64,000 nt of DNA from Rubrivivax sp. (GCA_027491255.1 JAIXWM010000120.1:2884-66883), one strand, 5' to 3'. Positions 1-10,565 are shown, counted from the stretch's first letter. Numbers and translations: made by a program. Notes: a model not told the origin generated them from the letters alone.

Positions 1-980
<980 letters not shown>

Positions 981-1012
981 GCCGGCCCCAGGCTTCGCCG
1001 CGCGCCAACCCC

Positions 1013-1339
1013 ATGCGTCTGAGCCCATACCAGGTCGAGCTGCTGCGCACCCGTGTGCGGCGTCGCTTCGGCGCGTCTGCGCGGGTGTGGGTCTTCGGCT
1101 CCCGCGTCGACGACACGGCGCGCGGGGGCGACTACGACTTCATGGTGCGCTGCGAAGACCTCGACGCGCAAGCGCTGGTGGACGCGCGCCTGCGCCTGCT
1201 GGCCGACCTGCACGACGACCCTGCCTTCGAGGACGAGCGCATCGACATCGTGCTTTATTCCACCCGGCTCGACCCGCAGCCCCGTCCCATCCACCGCGCC
1301 GCGCTCGAACAGGGCGTGGAGATCGGGGCCGGATCATGA
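1013..1339 (+). CDS. Minimal nucleotidyltransferase (MNT), putative antitoxin
   Basis: ATG 1013; 108 aa MRLSPYQVELLR...; FGSRVDDTARGGDYD nucleotidyltransferase motif; later IDIV acidic strand. Confidence 0.88.
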   Translation: MRLSPYQVELLRTRVRRRFGASARVWVFGSRVDDTARGGDYDFMVRCEDLDAQALVDARLRLLADLHDDPAFEDERIDIVLYSTRLDPQPRPIHRAALEQGVEIGAGS

Positions 1340-1842
1340 ACCCGCCGGGCCGCTCCCAGGCGCTCATCCCCTCGGCGTTGGAGGCTGCCCTGGCGCAGTG
1401 CGAACTGCACGCGCGCGTCCTGCGGCAGGACCTGCAGACTCTGCCGCGAGGCTTCGACGTTGCCGCGGCTGCGGCCCTGGACGAGCGCCAGCGCATGCTG
1501 CTCGACCAGGCCGCCTACCGCTACATGAAGCTGCAGGATGCCCTGGGCGAGAAAGTGCTTCCGGCCCTGCTGGCGCTCACGCTCGACCCGCTGCCGCCCG
1601 AAGCGCCGTTCGCGCAGAAGCTGCAGCGGCTCGAACGCCTGGGGGTGGTGTCCTCGGCGGCAGCCTGGAAACTGCTGCGCGAGGCCCGCAATTCACTCGC
1701 CCACGACTACCCCGACTACCCCGAGGTGCAGGCGGCCGTGCTCACGGGTTTCTTGGCCGCCGCGGCGGCCTTGCTGGACGAGTGGGATCGTGCGCGGCGC
1801 TTCGCCGCGCACTGGGTCGCCGAAGGCCCGTCTGCAGCCTGA
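1336..1842 (+). CDS. HEPN-domain protein, putative RNase toxin of an MNT-HEPN pair
   Basis: ATGA overlap with the MNT stop (1336-1339); 168 aa; RNSLAHDY matches the HEPN R-x4-H motif; RYMKLQDALGEK typical of this family. Confidence 0.85.
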   Translation: MNPPGRSQALIPSALEAALAQCELHARVLRQDLQTLPRGFDVAAAAALDERQRMLLDQAAYRYMKLQDALGEKVLPALLALTLDPLPPEAPFAQKLQRLERLGVVSSAAAWKLLREARNSLAHDYPDYPEVQAAVLTGFLAAAAALLDEWDRARRFAAHWVAEGPSAA

Positions 1843-2424
1843 AGGTCGGTTCCCGCCCATCATCAGCCGAGCCGCCTGGCGGACGACCTCACCCGATTCG
1901 ATCACCCCGCCGTGGCCGACGCCGGGCAGCACGATCTGCCGCGCCTCGGTGCCGCGGGCGCGGACGCCGTCGACCCGGTCTTCGTTGAACCTGAATCCGG
2001 CAGATGCCCGCCATCTTCCGACCAGGCACGTACTCGGTCACGGCAGAAAACGGTCATGTGCCGGATCTGGGGTGACCCTGGATTCGGCAGTTGACCGCTT
2101 CCTTGCGCGAGCAAGTACCTGCCGGCTTGGGACATTCCGGCCACGACCGGCTTCACCAGCAGGGTGAAAGCGCTGCACACCCGATCGAGCTGCCCTCGAC
2201 CACGCTGGCGGCGTTGCGAATCCTCGCCATGGCACAGGCCATGGCTGCGGTTCACGCCTTGCCATCGCGGCCGATGACAGCCCGCTCGGGCGCGCCCAAC
2301 GGCCGAATCCAGGGTAACCCGGCCTGTGGCCCGGGTCGATCGATCCCCAAGGCTTCAGAGGGGACGGGCAGGGCGGGCATGGCCTGCAGAAGTGCTTCGA
2401 ACGCACGTGATCCTGCCCGGCTCG

Positions 2425-3252
2425 TCAAGCCGGCCGCATGCTTTCGGTCTCGATGGATGTCGCGCTGTCGGTCACCTTTGGCGCCGGCAGGAACCCGCTG
2501 CGCCCGCTGCCCGCTGCCGACAGCTCGTCGTTGCGCGGGTCGTCCAGGGCCAGGATGCGGCGCAGCTGTGGCGACAGGCGGGCCTGGGTCTGCGGGCGCA
2601 GCAGGCGCTTCTGGTACTGCTGCTGAGGCAGGTCGCCGCGCACGTAGAAGCCGTGCAGCGAGCGCCGCGGCCGGGCGCTGCGGTTGGTGGTGCCGCCGTG
2701 CCAGAGGCTGGCGTTGGTGAGGATCACGTCGCCTGCGCGGCCCAGGGTCACGATCTCGTCGGGGTGGCGTGCCAGCGGGTCGGCCAGCACCTCGTGCGGC
2801 AGCCGCCCCGAGCGGTGCGAGCCGGGCACGAGCCGGGTCGGGCCGTTGTCGGGCGTGAAGTCGTCCAGCAGCCAGATCGAGTTGAAGACCGCGAAACCGC
2901 GCGAGTCGGCCACCTGGCCCATGTCGCAGTGCAGCGGCTGCAGGCCTTCGCCGGGCAGCGCCGCGCGGTAGTTCAGGCTCGAGAGCTTCCAGTCCGGCCC
3001 GAGCACGCGCTCGACGGCCTGCAGCAGCAGCGGGTGCGAGACCAGGCGTTCGAAGCATGCGCCCTTGTCGACGAGGTTGGCGAGTCGGTCCGAGCCTGGC
3101 TCCTGGCGGAACTCGGCGCCGGCCTTGGCGCCTTCGAACTCGAGCAGGCGCTGCGAGGTCTCGCGCAGGTCGGTCAGCCACGCGGCGTCCATCACGGCCG
3201 GCAGCACGAGCCAGCCTTGTTCGTCGAGCTGGCGGGCATCCTGTTCGGTCAT
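2425..3252 (-). CDS. Phytanoyl-CoA dioxygenase (PhyH)-family Fe(II)/2-oxoglutarate dioxygenase
   Basis: ATG at 3252 with AGGAGG RBS upstream; QPLHCD (HxD), distal LWHGG His, GPTRLVPGSH motif. Confidence 0.88.
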   Translation of the reverse strand: MTEQDARQLDEQGWLVLPAVMDAAWLTDLRETSQRLLEFEGAKAGAEFRQEPGSDRLANLVDKGACFERLVSHPLLLQAVERVLGPDWKLSSLNYRAALPGEGLQPLHCDMGQVADSRGFAVFNSIWLLDDFTPDNGPTRLVPGSHRSGRLPHEVLADPLARHPDEIVTLGRAGDVILTNASLWHGGTTNRSARPRRSLHGFYVRGDLPQQQYQKRLLRPQTQARLSPQLRRILALDDPRNDELSAAGSGRSGFLPAPKVTDSATSIETESMRPA

Positions 3253-3531
3253 CGTCGGGGCCTCCTCGGGGGGCGGGTTTGTCGCCCGGTATTGTCGTGC
3301 GCGCGCCAGGGCAGGGCGGGCGCCGACCGCGTGCGCTTGCCCGGCCGGTGGCCCCTTGGCGCGCACGGCTTCTGGTGGCCGGGACCGGCTGCCGTGCTAG
3401 CCTCGGCGGCGATCTTGTGCGGGCGACCTGCGCCCGAGCGGGGTCATCGCAACGATCCCGCCCCGGCCTCCATGACCATCCACACATTCGACCTGACACC
3501 GACCGAGGGGCGCAGCCCGTTCCACTTGCGG

Positions 3532-4533
3532 ATGTCGCAGGCGCTGCGCCGCTTGGGGCGCGTCCGCGCCGCGGCCTGCCACGTCCTCGCGCTGATTGCC
3601 CTGCTGGCCGTCGGCTTGCCGGCCGGCGCCGAGACCTACCCCGCGCGCCCGATCCGTCTCGTCGTGCCGGAGTCGGCGGGCAGCATCGCCGACGCCTGGG
3701 CGCGGCGGCTGGTGCGGCCGATGGAGCAGACGCTGGGCCAGCCCATCGTCGTCGAGCACCGCCCCGGCGCGTCCGGCACCCTGGGTGCGGAGGCGGTGGC
3801 GCGCGCGGCGCCCGACGGCTACACGCTGCTGTACACCGGCCAGAGCCCGGTGGTCACCTACCCGGCCATCGGCGGGGCGGTGCGCTACGACCCGCAACGC
3901 GACTTCACACCGGTGGCGCTGGGCCCCAACGCCTACCCGGTGCTGGTGGCTGGCGCCGGCTCGGGAATGCGCAGCCTCGCCGACCTGAAGGCGCGCGCCG
4001 CGGCGCGCGAGCCGCTGTCCTGCGGCACCGGTGGGCACGGCAGCTACGGCCACTTTGCCTGCGCGATGCTGGCGCGCGCGCTCGGTGTGGAACTGCTGAT
4101 GGTTCCCTACAAGGGCTCCTCGGCTGCGCTGCAGGAAGCCGCCGGTGGGCAGCTGACGCTGACCACCGGCTTCCCGAGCGAGCTCATGGGCCTGATCGCC
4201 GCCGGCCGGATCGTGCCGCTGGCAGCCTTCGCCGAGCGCCGAGCAGTGCCGCTGCCGGCCGTGCCGACCTTCCGCGAACTGGGCGTGGCGGGGATGGAAC
4301 TCTTCGCCTTCGCCGGCTTCTACGCGCCCGCCGGCGTGCCGCCGGCCGTGGTCGACGCCCTCAACGCCGCGGCCGCGCGCGCGATGCAGACCCCGGAGTA
4401 CGTGAAGCTGGTCGAGGACGCGGGCGGCCGCGTGCAGGCGCTGAGCCCGGCCGCCTTCGCGCAGATGAACACCGACGACCGCGAGCGCTGGCGCCGGCGC
4501 GGACAGGAGTTGGGCATCCGGCCGCAGGAGTGA
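3532..4533 (+). CDS. Bug/TctC tripartite tricarboxylate transporter substrate-binding protein
   Basis: Signal-like N-terminus then YPARPIRLVVP, VVEHRPGASGTLG, APDGYTLL, VPYKGS; alternative start at 3472. Confidence 0.9.
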   Translation: MSQALRRLGRVRAAACHVLALIALLAVGLPAGAETYPARPIRLVVPESAGSIADAWARRLVRPMEQTLGQPIVVEHRPGASGTLGAEAVARAAPDGYTLLYTGQSPVVTYPAIGGAVRYDPQRDFTPVALGPNAYPVLVAGAGSGMRSLADLKARAAAREPLSCGTGGHGSYGHFACAMLARALGVELLMVPYKGSSAALQEAAGGQLTLTTGFPSELMGLIAAGRIVPLAAFAERRAVPLPAVPTFRELGVAGMELFAFAGFYAPAGVPPAVVDALNAAAARAMQTPEYVKLVEDAGGRVQALSPAAFAQMNTDDRERWRRRGQELGIRPQE

Positions 4534-4697
4534 TGCAGGGCGAGGCCGCGTCCCGGCAGACTGCTCCGGCCGCTTCGCCGATCCACTTGGTGCACGGGCG
4601 GGGGCGCGCTTGATGCACCGCTGGTGATGAGATCGCTGCGCCGCCTTCCCTCCACCCTCATCCCCGACAAGCGCACCCCGCCCCACTGCCGTTCGCC

Positions 4698-6230
4698 ATG
4701 AAGCCCACCCCCTCGCCGTCCGTCATGAAGCCCCATCCGCTGGCCCAGGAGTCACACGCCGCAGCCTCGGCTTTTGCAGCCTCTGCCCTTGCAGCAGACG
4801 CAGGGCGGGCGGGCGAAAAGTCCGACACCTCGGCGCCTGCATCCCACGCCTCGGGCCCCACAGATGCCGGGGGGCAGGGCCGGGGCGTGCGCGATCCTCG
4901 CCCCACGGCTGAGGGGCACCACCCGGTGGAGCCGGACGCGCTGCATGGATCGGTTCCCGAAGCCTTGCCGCAAGGCATCTCCAGTTCGGCGCGGCGCCTG
5001 CCCGACGTCGATGGCCGGCCTTTCGTCGTCGACAGCGCGGCCGGGGCCTGGATCACCGACGCCGAGGGCCGGCGCTACCTGGATTTCGCGATGGCCATGG
5101 GCGCCACCGTGCTCGGCCACGCCCACCCTGCCGTGGTGGAGGCCTGCACGCGCGCATTGCAGCGCGGCGCGATGCCGGGCTTCACCCACGCCGGCGAGGC
5201 TGCGGCGGCGCAGGCCCTGGTGCGGCACGCCGGGCCACTGGTGCATGCGACCTTCGTCTCCACCGGCAGCGAGGCCGTGCACCTGGCCTGCCGCATCGCC
5301 CGCCGCGCCACCGCACGGCCAGTCGTGGCCAAGATCGCCGCCGGCTACGACGGCTGGTACGACGACGTCGCGCTCGGCTGGACCGGCAGCGCCGAAGCCG
5401 ATCTGAGCGGCGCGCGCCCGCTCGCGCACGGCGTCACGCTGGTGCGCTGGAACGATCTCTCCGACCTCGAGGCCCTGTTCGCCGAGCGCGACGACATCGC
5501 CGCCGTGCTGGTCGAGCCGGTACTGGCCAACGCCGGCTGCCTGATGCCGCAGCCGGGCTATCTGCAAGGTCTTCAGCAACTTTGCCGCCGCCACGGCGCC
5601 CTCGTCATCGCCGACGAGGTGCTGACCGGCATGCGGCTGCACCCGGGGCCGAGCAGCCTGACCATGGGTCTGGAGCCCGACCTCGTGACCCTGGGCAAGG
5701 CCATCGGCAGCGGCGTGCCGGTGGCGGCCGTGCTGGGCACGGCGCAGGCCTTCGCCCCGGTGGTCGACGGCCGGGTCGCGCGCGCCGGCACCTACCACGG
5801 CAACCCGCTCGTCACCGCGGCCGTGCTTGCCACCTGCGAGGTGCTCGAGTCGTCGGACCACGCCGCGCTCCTGCAGCGCGGCGAGCGTCTGGCCGCGGGC
5901 GTGCGCGAGGCCTTCGGGCGCGCCGGCATCGACGTCAGCACCTCGGGCCTGGGCAGTGTGTTCAGCCTGTGGTTCGCGGGCCGCGCGCCCACCCGCTACG
6001 AGGAGGCGAAGGCCCTGCTGCAGCCCGAGCGCTCGCTCGCGCTGCACATGGCGCTGCGGCGCGAAGGCGTGCTGACCATGCCCAGCGGCTGGGGGCGCTT
6101 GTTCCTGTCGTTCGCGCACGACGATGCCGATGTGGATTTCGCGCTCGCCGCGTTCGGGCGGGCGGCGCAGGCGCTGGCGCCGTTGCGGTGCGCGCCGGCG
6201 TTTCCGGGCACGGTCGTACCGGGCCGCTAG
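4698..6230 (+). CDS. Class III PLP aminotransferase (glutamate-1-semialdehyde aminomutase-like paralog)
   Basis: GRRYLDF, STGSEAV, ADEVLTGMR, TLGKAIGSG (PLP Lys), GTYHGNP; the first ~85 aa are low complexity so the true start may be later. Confidence 0.85.
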   Translation: MKPTPSPSVMKPHPLAQESHAAASAFAASALAADAGRAGEKSDTSAPASHASGPTDAGGQGRGVRDPRPTAEGHHPVEPDALHGSVPEALPQGISSSARRLPDVDGRPFVVDSAAGAWITDAEGRRYLDFAMAMGATVLGHAHPAVVEACTRALQRGAMPGFTHAGEAAAAQALVRHAGPLVHATFVSTGSEAVHLACRIARRATARPVVAKIAAGYDGWYDDVALGWTGSAEADLSGARPLAHGVTLVRWNDLSDLEALFAERDDIAAVLVEPVLANAGCLMPQPGYLQGLQQLCRRHGALVIADEVLTGMRLHPGPSSLTMGLEPDLVTLGKAIGSGVPVAAVLGTAQAFAPVVDGRVARAGTYHGNPLVTAAVLATCEVLESSDHAALLQRGERLAAGVREAFGRAGIDVSTSGLGSVFSLWFAGRAPTRYEEAKALLQPERSLALHMALRREGVLTMPSGWGRLFLSFAHDDADVDFALAAFGRAAQALAPLRCAPAFPGTVVPGR

Positions 6231-6676
6231 TCAAGGTGGCGCCCGAGCGCTGCGCCCGGCCCCTGCCCGATCAGCACCTTCGTGAACGCCATGGGGTTGG
6301 CGTCGATCGCGCTCTGCGCGCACCGGCGCCGTTCATGTGCGGGTCCCTGGGTGCATGGGGAATCGCCGGCATCGCCGCCACTGCGCCCTTCGCCGCGTTT
6401 GCCGGCCCCTTGCGCCGCGCGCTTGCATGCTTGCGCATGTCTGCGAGGCGAGGCAATAAACGGACTCCGGGTCGGCCGCCCGACATCGGGCCTGCACCTT
6501 CCGCCTCCATGGCCCCGCCGGCAAGGCGAAAGCTGCGTCTGCGGATTCCAGGGCGAAGGACCGTGTCGCGATCCAGCCATCGGGCGGGGGCGGGCTTCCG
6601 TCCAGCCGCCATCGCCGTTGTCGGGGTGTTGCGGCGTCGAGGCCGCGCCTGCGGTCGCAGCGTCTACGATCGCGGC

Positions 6677-7036
6677 ATGTTCCGTGCCTTGTCCCCGCTT
6701 GCCGCCTTCGTCCGCTTCTTCGCCCGTGTGGTGGTGGGGGCGGTCGGTGCGGTGCTGGCATTGGCCGGCCTGATGCTGATGCTTGGATTCGCGCTCTTCG
6801 GGGTGGCGGTGGCGCTGGTGCTGGTGGCCTGGGCGCGGCTGCGGGGACGGCCGGCGCCGCCGGTACGCTTTCGCTGGCGCCAGAGCTGGGAGCGGCGGGG
6901 GCGGTTCAGCGCCGGCTTCGGTCGGCGCGGCCGGGGCGCTTCGGCGCCACGGCGTGAGGGTGTGGACGAGGTCGTCGATGTCGAGTTCACCGAGCGGCAC
7001 AAGCCTGATGCCGGTGCTCCGAAGCGCCTGGAGTGA
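6677..7036 (+). CDS. Small membrane protein, hypothetical
   Basis: ATG 6677; 119 aa with a long hydrophobic segment, Arg-rich middle and EVVDVEFTE C-terminal motif. Confidence 0.65.
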   Translation: MFRALSPLAAFVRFFARVVVGAVGAVLALAGLMLMLGFALFGVAVALVLVAWARLRGRPAPPVRFRWRQSWERRGRFSAGFGRRGRGASAPRREGVDEVVDVEFTERHKPDAGAPKRLE

Positions 7037-7357
7037 GCCGGGATCCGGCAGTGGGCCGCAGCCGATCGGGCGCGCAGCGCTGTCCCCGTTCAACAGCCTC
7101 TCGCCAGGCCCTGGCGCAGCCTTGAATCGGGCATGGGCGCAGCTGGCGCGGGTGGTGTCGAGACTGTCGTATCCGAGCACACGCGTGGGACGACGTCGAG
7201 GACACGCGTGGGACGGCAGTTCCTGGAGCGTTGGCGACGGCGGGAGTGTTCTGCCACCTCTCGGGTCGAGGCCGCCTGGCGATACAACCGGTGAACACCG
7301 ACGATACTCACCGGACAATCCGTGCCTGGGCATGAAGTTGTCGCGGAGGCTGCGGTG

Positions 7358-8389
7358 ATGAGCGATGCGGGCGGGGCGGTGACTGACGAGGGGCCCTCGG
7401 CGCCACGCCGCGTGCTGCTGCTCGGCGCCACCGGCAGCATCGGCCAGGCCACCGCGCGCGCGCTGGTGCAGCGCGGGCACGAGGTCGTGGCCTTCGTGCG
7501 GCCGCGCAGCGGCGTCGGGGCCCGGCTCGCGCCGGCCGACGTGCAGCGCCTGCTGCCTGGGGTCGAACTGCGCTGCGGCGACGTGCTCGATGCCGACTCG
7601 CTGGCCCGCGACGGTTTTCGTGGCGAGCGCTTCGACGCGCTCGTCACCTGCCTGGCCTCGCGCACCGGCGCGCCACGCGACGCCTGGGCCGTGGACCACC
7701 GGGCGCATGCGCAGGCGCTGCGGGCGGCGCAGGGCGCCGGCGTCGAGCATGTCGTGCTGCTGTCGGCGATCTGCGTGCAGAAGCCGCAGCTGGCCTTCCA
7801 GCAGGCCAAGCTGGCGTTCGAGCGCGAACTCGTCGCCTGCGGTCTTCGCTACTCGATCGTCAGGCCCACCGCCTTCTTCAAGTCGCTGTCGGGCCAGATC
7901 GCGCGCGTGCGCCAGGGCCGGCCCTTCCTGGTCTTCGGCGATGGCGCGCTGACGGCCTGCAAGCCCATCGCCGACGCCGACCTCGGTGACTACCTGGCCG
8001 ACTGCCTGGACGACCCGGGACGGTGGAACCGGGTGCTGCCCATCGGCGGCCCCGGGCCGGCGATCACGCCGCGCGACCAGGCCGAGATGCTCGCCCGCCT
8101 GCTCGGCCGGCCCGTGCCGCTGCGGCGCGTGCCGGTGCGCCTGATGGATGCCATCGTGGCGCTGCTGGCCCTGGGTGGGCGCATGGTCCCGGCGCTGGCC
8201 GACAAGGCCGAGCTCGCGCGCATCGGCCGCTACTACGCCACCGAGTCCATGCTGGTGTGGGATGCTGCCGCCGGCCGCTACGACGCCGACGCCACACCGT
8301 CCACCGGCCATCGGACCCTGGCCGAGCATTACGCGCGCGTGCTGCAGGGGCAGGAGCGGGTCGAGCTCGGCGATCACGCGGTGTTCTGA
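7358..8389 (+). CDS. bciA: NADPH-dependent 3,8-divinyl chlorophyllide 8-vinyl reductase (BciA/DVR family)
   Basis: GATGSIG Rossmann motif; family-diagnostic CLASRTG, LLSAICVQKP, SIVRPTAFFKSLSGQ, FGDG-x3-CKPI, LPIGGPG, IGRYYATESML; GGAGG RBS at 7345-7349. Confidence 0.85.
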   Translation: MSDAGGAVTDEGPSAPRRVLLLGATGSIGQATARALVQRGHEVVAFVRPRSGVGARLAPADVQRLLPGVELRCGDVLDADSLARDGFRGERFDALVTCLASRTGAPRDAWAVDHRAHAQALRAAQGAGVEHVVLLSAICVQKPQLAFQQAKLAFERELVACGLRYSIVRPTAFFKSLSGQIARVRQGRPFLVFGDGALTACKPIADADLGDYLADCLDDPGRWNRVLPIGGPGPAITPRDQAEMLARLLGRPVPLRRVPVRLMDAIVALLALGGRMVPALADKAELARIGRYYATESMLVWDAAAGRYDADATPSTGHRTLAEHYARVLQGQERVELGDHAVF

Positions 8390-8540
8390 GCCGGGGGCGG
8401 CTGAAGGGCTCGCCCGCCGGCGCCCGGACTCCCGGGCTGCCTGACCCCCTGGCCCCCGGGGACAAGCCGATCGACTGTGTCCTGCCCTGATTCGGCTCCC
8501 TCTCGAGGCCAAGCGGGGTGGATCTGCAGTGCTCAGCCTC

Positions 8541-9251
8541 TCAGGGGATCGGGCGGCCCACCCGCGCCACCGCGGCGCCGATCGCCGCGGCCACGCCGTC
8601 GACCACCGGCAGCCCGAGTGCCGCAGACAGCATCGGCCCCAGCCCTGTCAGGCCGCCGGAGGCCAGCAGGATCACCTCTGCGCCGTCTTCGACCACTGCG
8701 GCGCGGGCGCAGGCCAGCAGGCGGCGCACGGCCTCTGCTTCCCCGCTGGCGGCCGCAGCCACGCCGATGCCTGCCGCCCTCACCGTGGCCAGCGGACCGG
8801 CACCGTAGCGCTGCATCAGCACCTGGATGCCAGGCACTGCAGAGTCGAAGGTCGTGACGATGGCAAAGCGTGGCGAGAGCGCCTGCGCGGCGGCCATCGC
8901 CGCTTCGCAGGTACCGACCACCGGCACCTTCACCAGAGCGCGCACCGCCTGCAGGGCCAGGTCGTCGAAGCAGGCCAGCACGTAGGCGTCATGACCCTGC
9001 GGCGCGCGCTGCGTGATCAATGCGATGGCCTCGCGCTCGGCCTGCTCGCGCTCGGCCGCGGTCTCGATCGAGAAGGGGCCGTGCTGCGGGTTGACGACAT
9101 CGACGCGCAATGACGGCGATTCGAAGTCCGCCGCCGCTGCGCGCACGCGCTGCGTCACTGCCGGGTTGGTGTTGGGGTTGACGACCAGCACCCGAAGCAA
9201 GGGCCCCAGCCCCGGCCGATCAGGGGCCTGGCCCGACGGCACGGCGCTCAT
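8541..9251 (-). CDS. Asp/Glu/hydantoin racemase family protein (allantoin racemase-like)
   Basis: VVNPNTN, LACFDD, VPVVG, LPVVDGV motifs; ATGA overlap with the dctM stop. Confidence 0.88.
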   Translation of the reverse strand: MSAVPSGQAPDRPGLGPLLRVLVVNPNTNPAVTQRVRAAAADFESPSLRVDVVNPQHGPFSIETAAEREQAEREAIALITQRAPQGHDAYVLACFDDLALQAVRALVKVPVVGTCEAAMAAAQALSPRFAIVTTFDSAVPGIQVLMQRYGAGPLATVRAAGIGVAAAASGEAEAVRRLLACARAAVVEDGAEVILLASGGLTGLGPMLSAALGLPVVDGVAAAIGAAVARVGRPIP

Positions 9252-10549
9252 CCGCCCGACATCGACTCGGGCAGCCACAGCACGATCTGCGGCCAGGCGA
9301 TCAGCAGGCCCACGAAGCCGATCATGATGAAGACGTAGGGCAAGGAACCGCGAACGACGTCGCCGAAGCTGCCGCCATCGCGCCGCAGGCCCTGCACCAC
9401 GAACAGGTTCATGCCCACGGGCGGCGTGATCAGCGCGATCTCGCACATCACGACGATGAAGATGCCGAACCACACCGGGTCCACGCCCACGGCCACGACC
9501 ATGGGCACCGCGATCGGCACCGTCAGCACCAGCATCGACATCGCGTCCATGAACATGCCCAGCACGACGTAGAAGGCCGTCAGCAGCGCCAGCAGCGTGT
9601 AGGCGCTCAGCCCCAGCGTGCCCACCCACTGCGTGACCGCCTGCGCCGTGCCCAGCATGGACAGCGTGACGTTCAGCAGCAGCGCGCAGACGATGACCAG
9701 CACCACCATGCCGGTGGTGCGCGCCGACTGGCGGAAGCAGTGCTCCATCAGCGCCAGACTCAGGCGGCCCTGGCGCCAGACGAAGAACAGCGCCATCATC
9801 ACCCCCAGCGCCGCCGATTCGGTGGGCGTGGCCAGGCCGCCGTAGATGCTGCCCATGACGACGAGGAAGATTGCCGCCGGCGGCAGGAGGTGGCGCAGCA
9901 GACGCAGCTTCTCGGCCAGTGGCAGGGCGGGCGAGCTGTCGGCGGCGCCCGCGTCGTGGTGCGCGACCAGGATGTACAGCGAGAACAGCGCCGTCAGCAG
10001 CAGGCCCGGCACGACCCCGGCGATGAACAACTGCCCGACCGACACATTGGCCAGCGAACCGTAGACGAGCAGGTTCACGCTGGGTGGGATCAGGATGCCC
10101 AGCGTCCCGCCGGCCGCCAGCGAGCCCAGCGTCGCCTGCAAGGGGTAGCCGCGCTGCCCGAGCGCGGGCAGCGCCACCGTGGCCACGGTGGCGGCGGTGG
10201 CCACCGAGGAGCCCGAGGTGGCCGAGAACAGTGCGCAGGTGCCGATGTTGGTATGCAGCAGGCCACCGGGCAGCCGGCCGAGCCAGACTGCGAGAACGTC
10301 GAACATCTTGTCGGCGATGCCGCTGCGCAGCAGGATCTCGCCCAGCAGCATGAACAGCGGGATGGCGGTCATCACCGAGTTGTTCAGCGTGCCCCAGACC
10401 ACGCCTCCCATCATCTCGACCAGCGGCATGCCGAAGGCGAGATAGCCGCCGAGCGTGCCGACGAAGAGGATGGCGAAGGCCACGGGCAGGCTCAGGAACA
10501 TCAGGGCCAGCATCGCGGCGAAGCCCAGGGTCAGGACAAGGATGTTCAT
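9248..10549 (-). CDS. dctM: TRAP transporter large permease
   Basis: AIPLFMLLGE, ATSGSSVATAA, GGTLGILIPPS, ATPTESAA, ITPPVGMNLFV. Confidence 0.95.
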   Translation of the reverse strand: MNILVLTLGFAAMLALMFLSLPVAFAILFVGTLGGYLAFGMPLVEMMGGVVWGTLNNSVMTAIPLFMLLGEILLRSGIADKMFDVLAVWLGRLPGGLLHTNIGTCALFSATSGSSVATAATVATVALPALGQRGYPLQATLGSLAAGGTLGILIPPSVNLLVYGSLANVSVGQLFIAGVVPGLLLTALFSLYILVAHHDAGAADSSPALPLAEKLRLLRHLLPPAAIFLVVMGSIYGGLATPTESAALGVMMALFFVWRQGRLSLALMEHCFRQSARTTGMVVLVIVCALLLNVTLSMLGTAQAVTQWVGTLGLSAYTLLALLTAFYVVLGMFMDAMSMLVLTVPIAVPMVVAVGVDPVWFGIFIVVMCEIALITPPVGMNLFVVQGLRRDGGSFGDVVRGSLPYVFIMIGFVGLLIAWPQIVLWLPESMSGG

Positions 10550-10565
10550 ATCGGTCAGGGGCCGG

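Noticed and set aside
4698-6230. Calling the aminotransferase hemL
   Set aside because: The GSA-mutase motif GGVNSPVR is diverged (QGISSSAR) and context is not tetrapyrrole biosynthesis; treated as a paralog.
6500-6580. Riboswitch-like element (GGCGAAAGC) in the 6231-6676 gap
   Set aside because: Only a short GNRA-like loop; no second stem or conserved core could be supported by eye. An Rfam scan would settle it.
7081-7200. PpsR box (TGT-N12-ACA) upstream of bciA
   Set aside because: Nearest candidates have N9 and N11 spacing, not N12.
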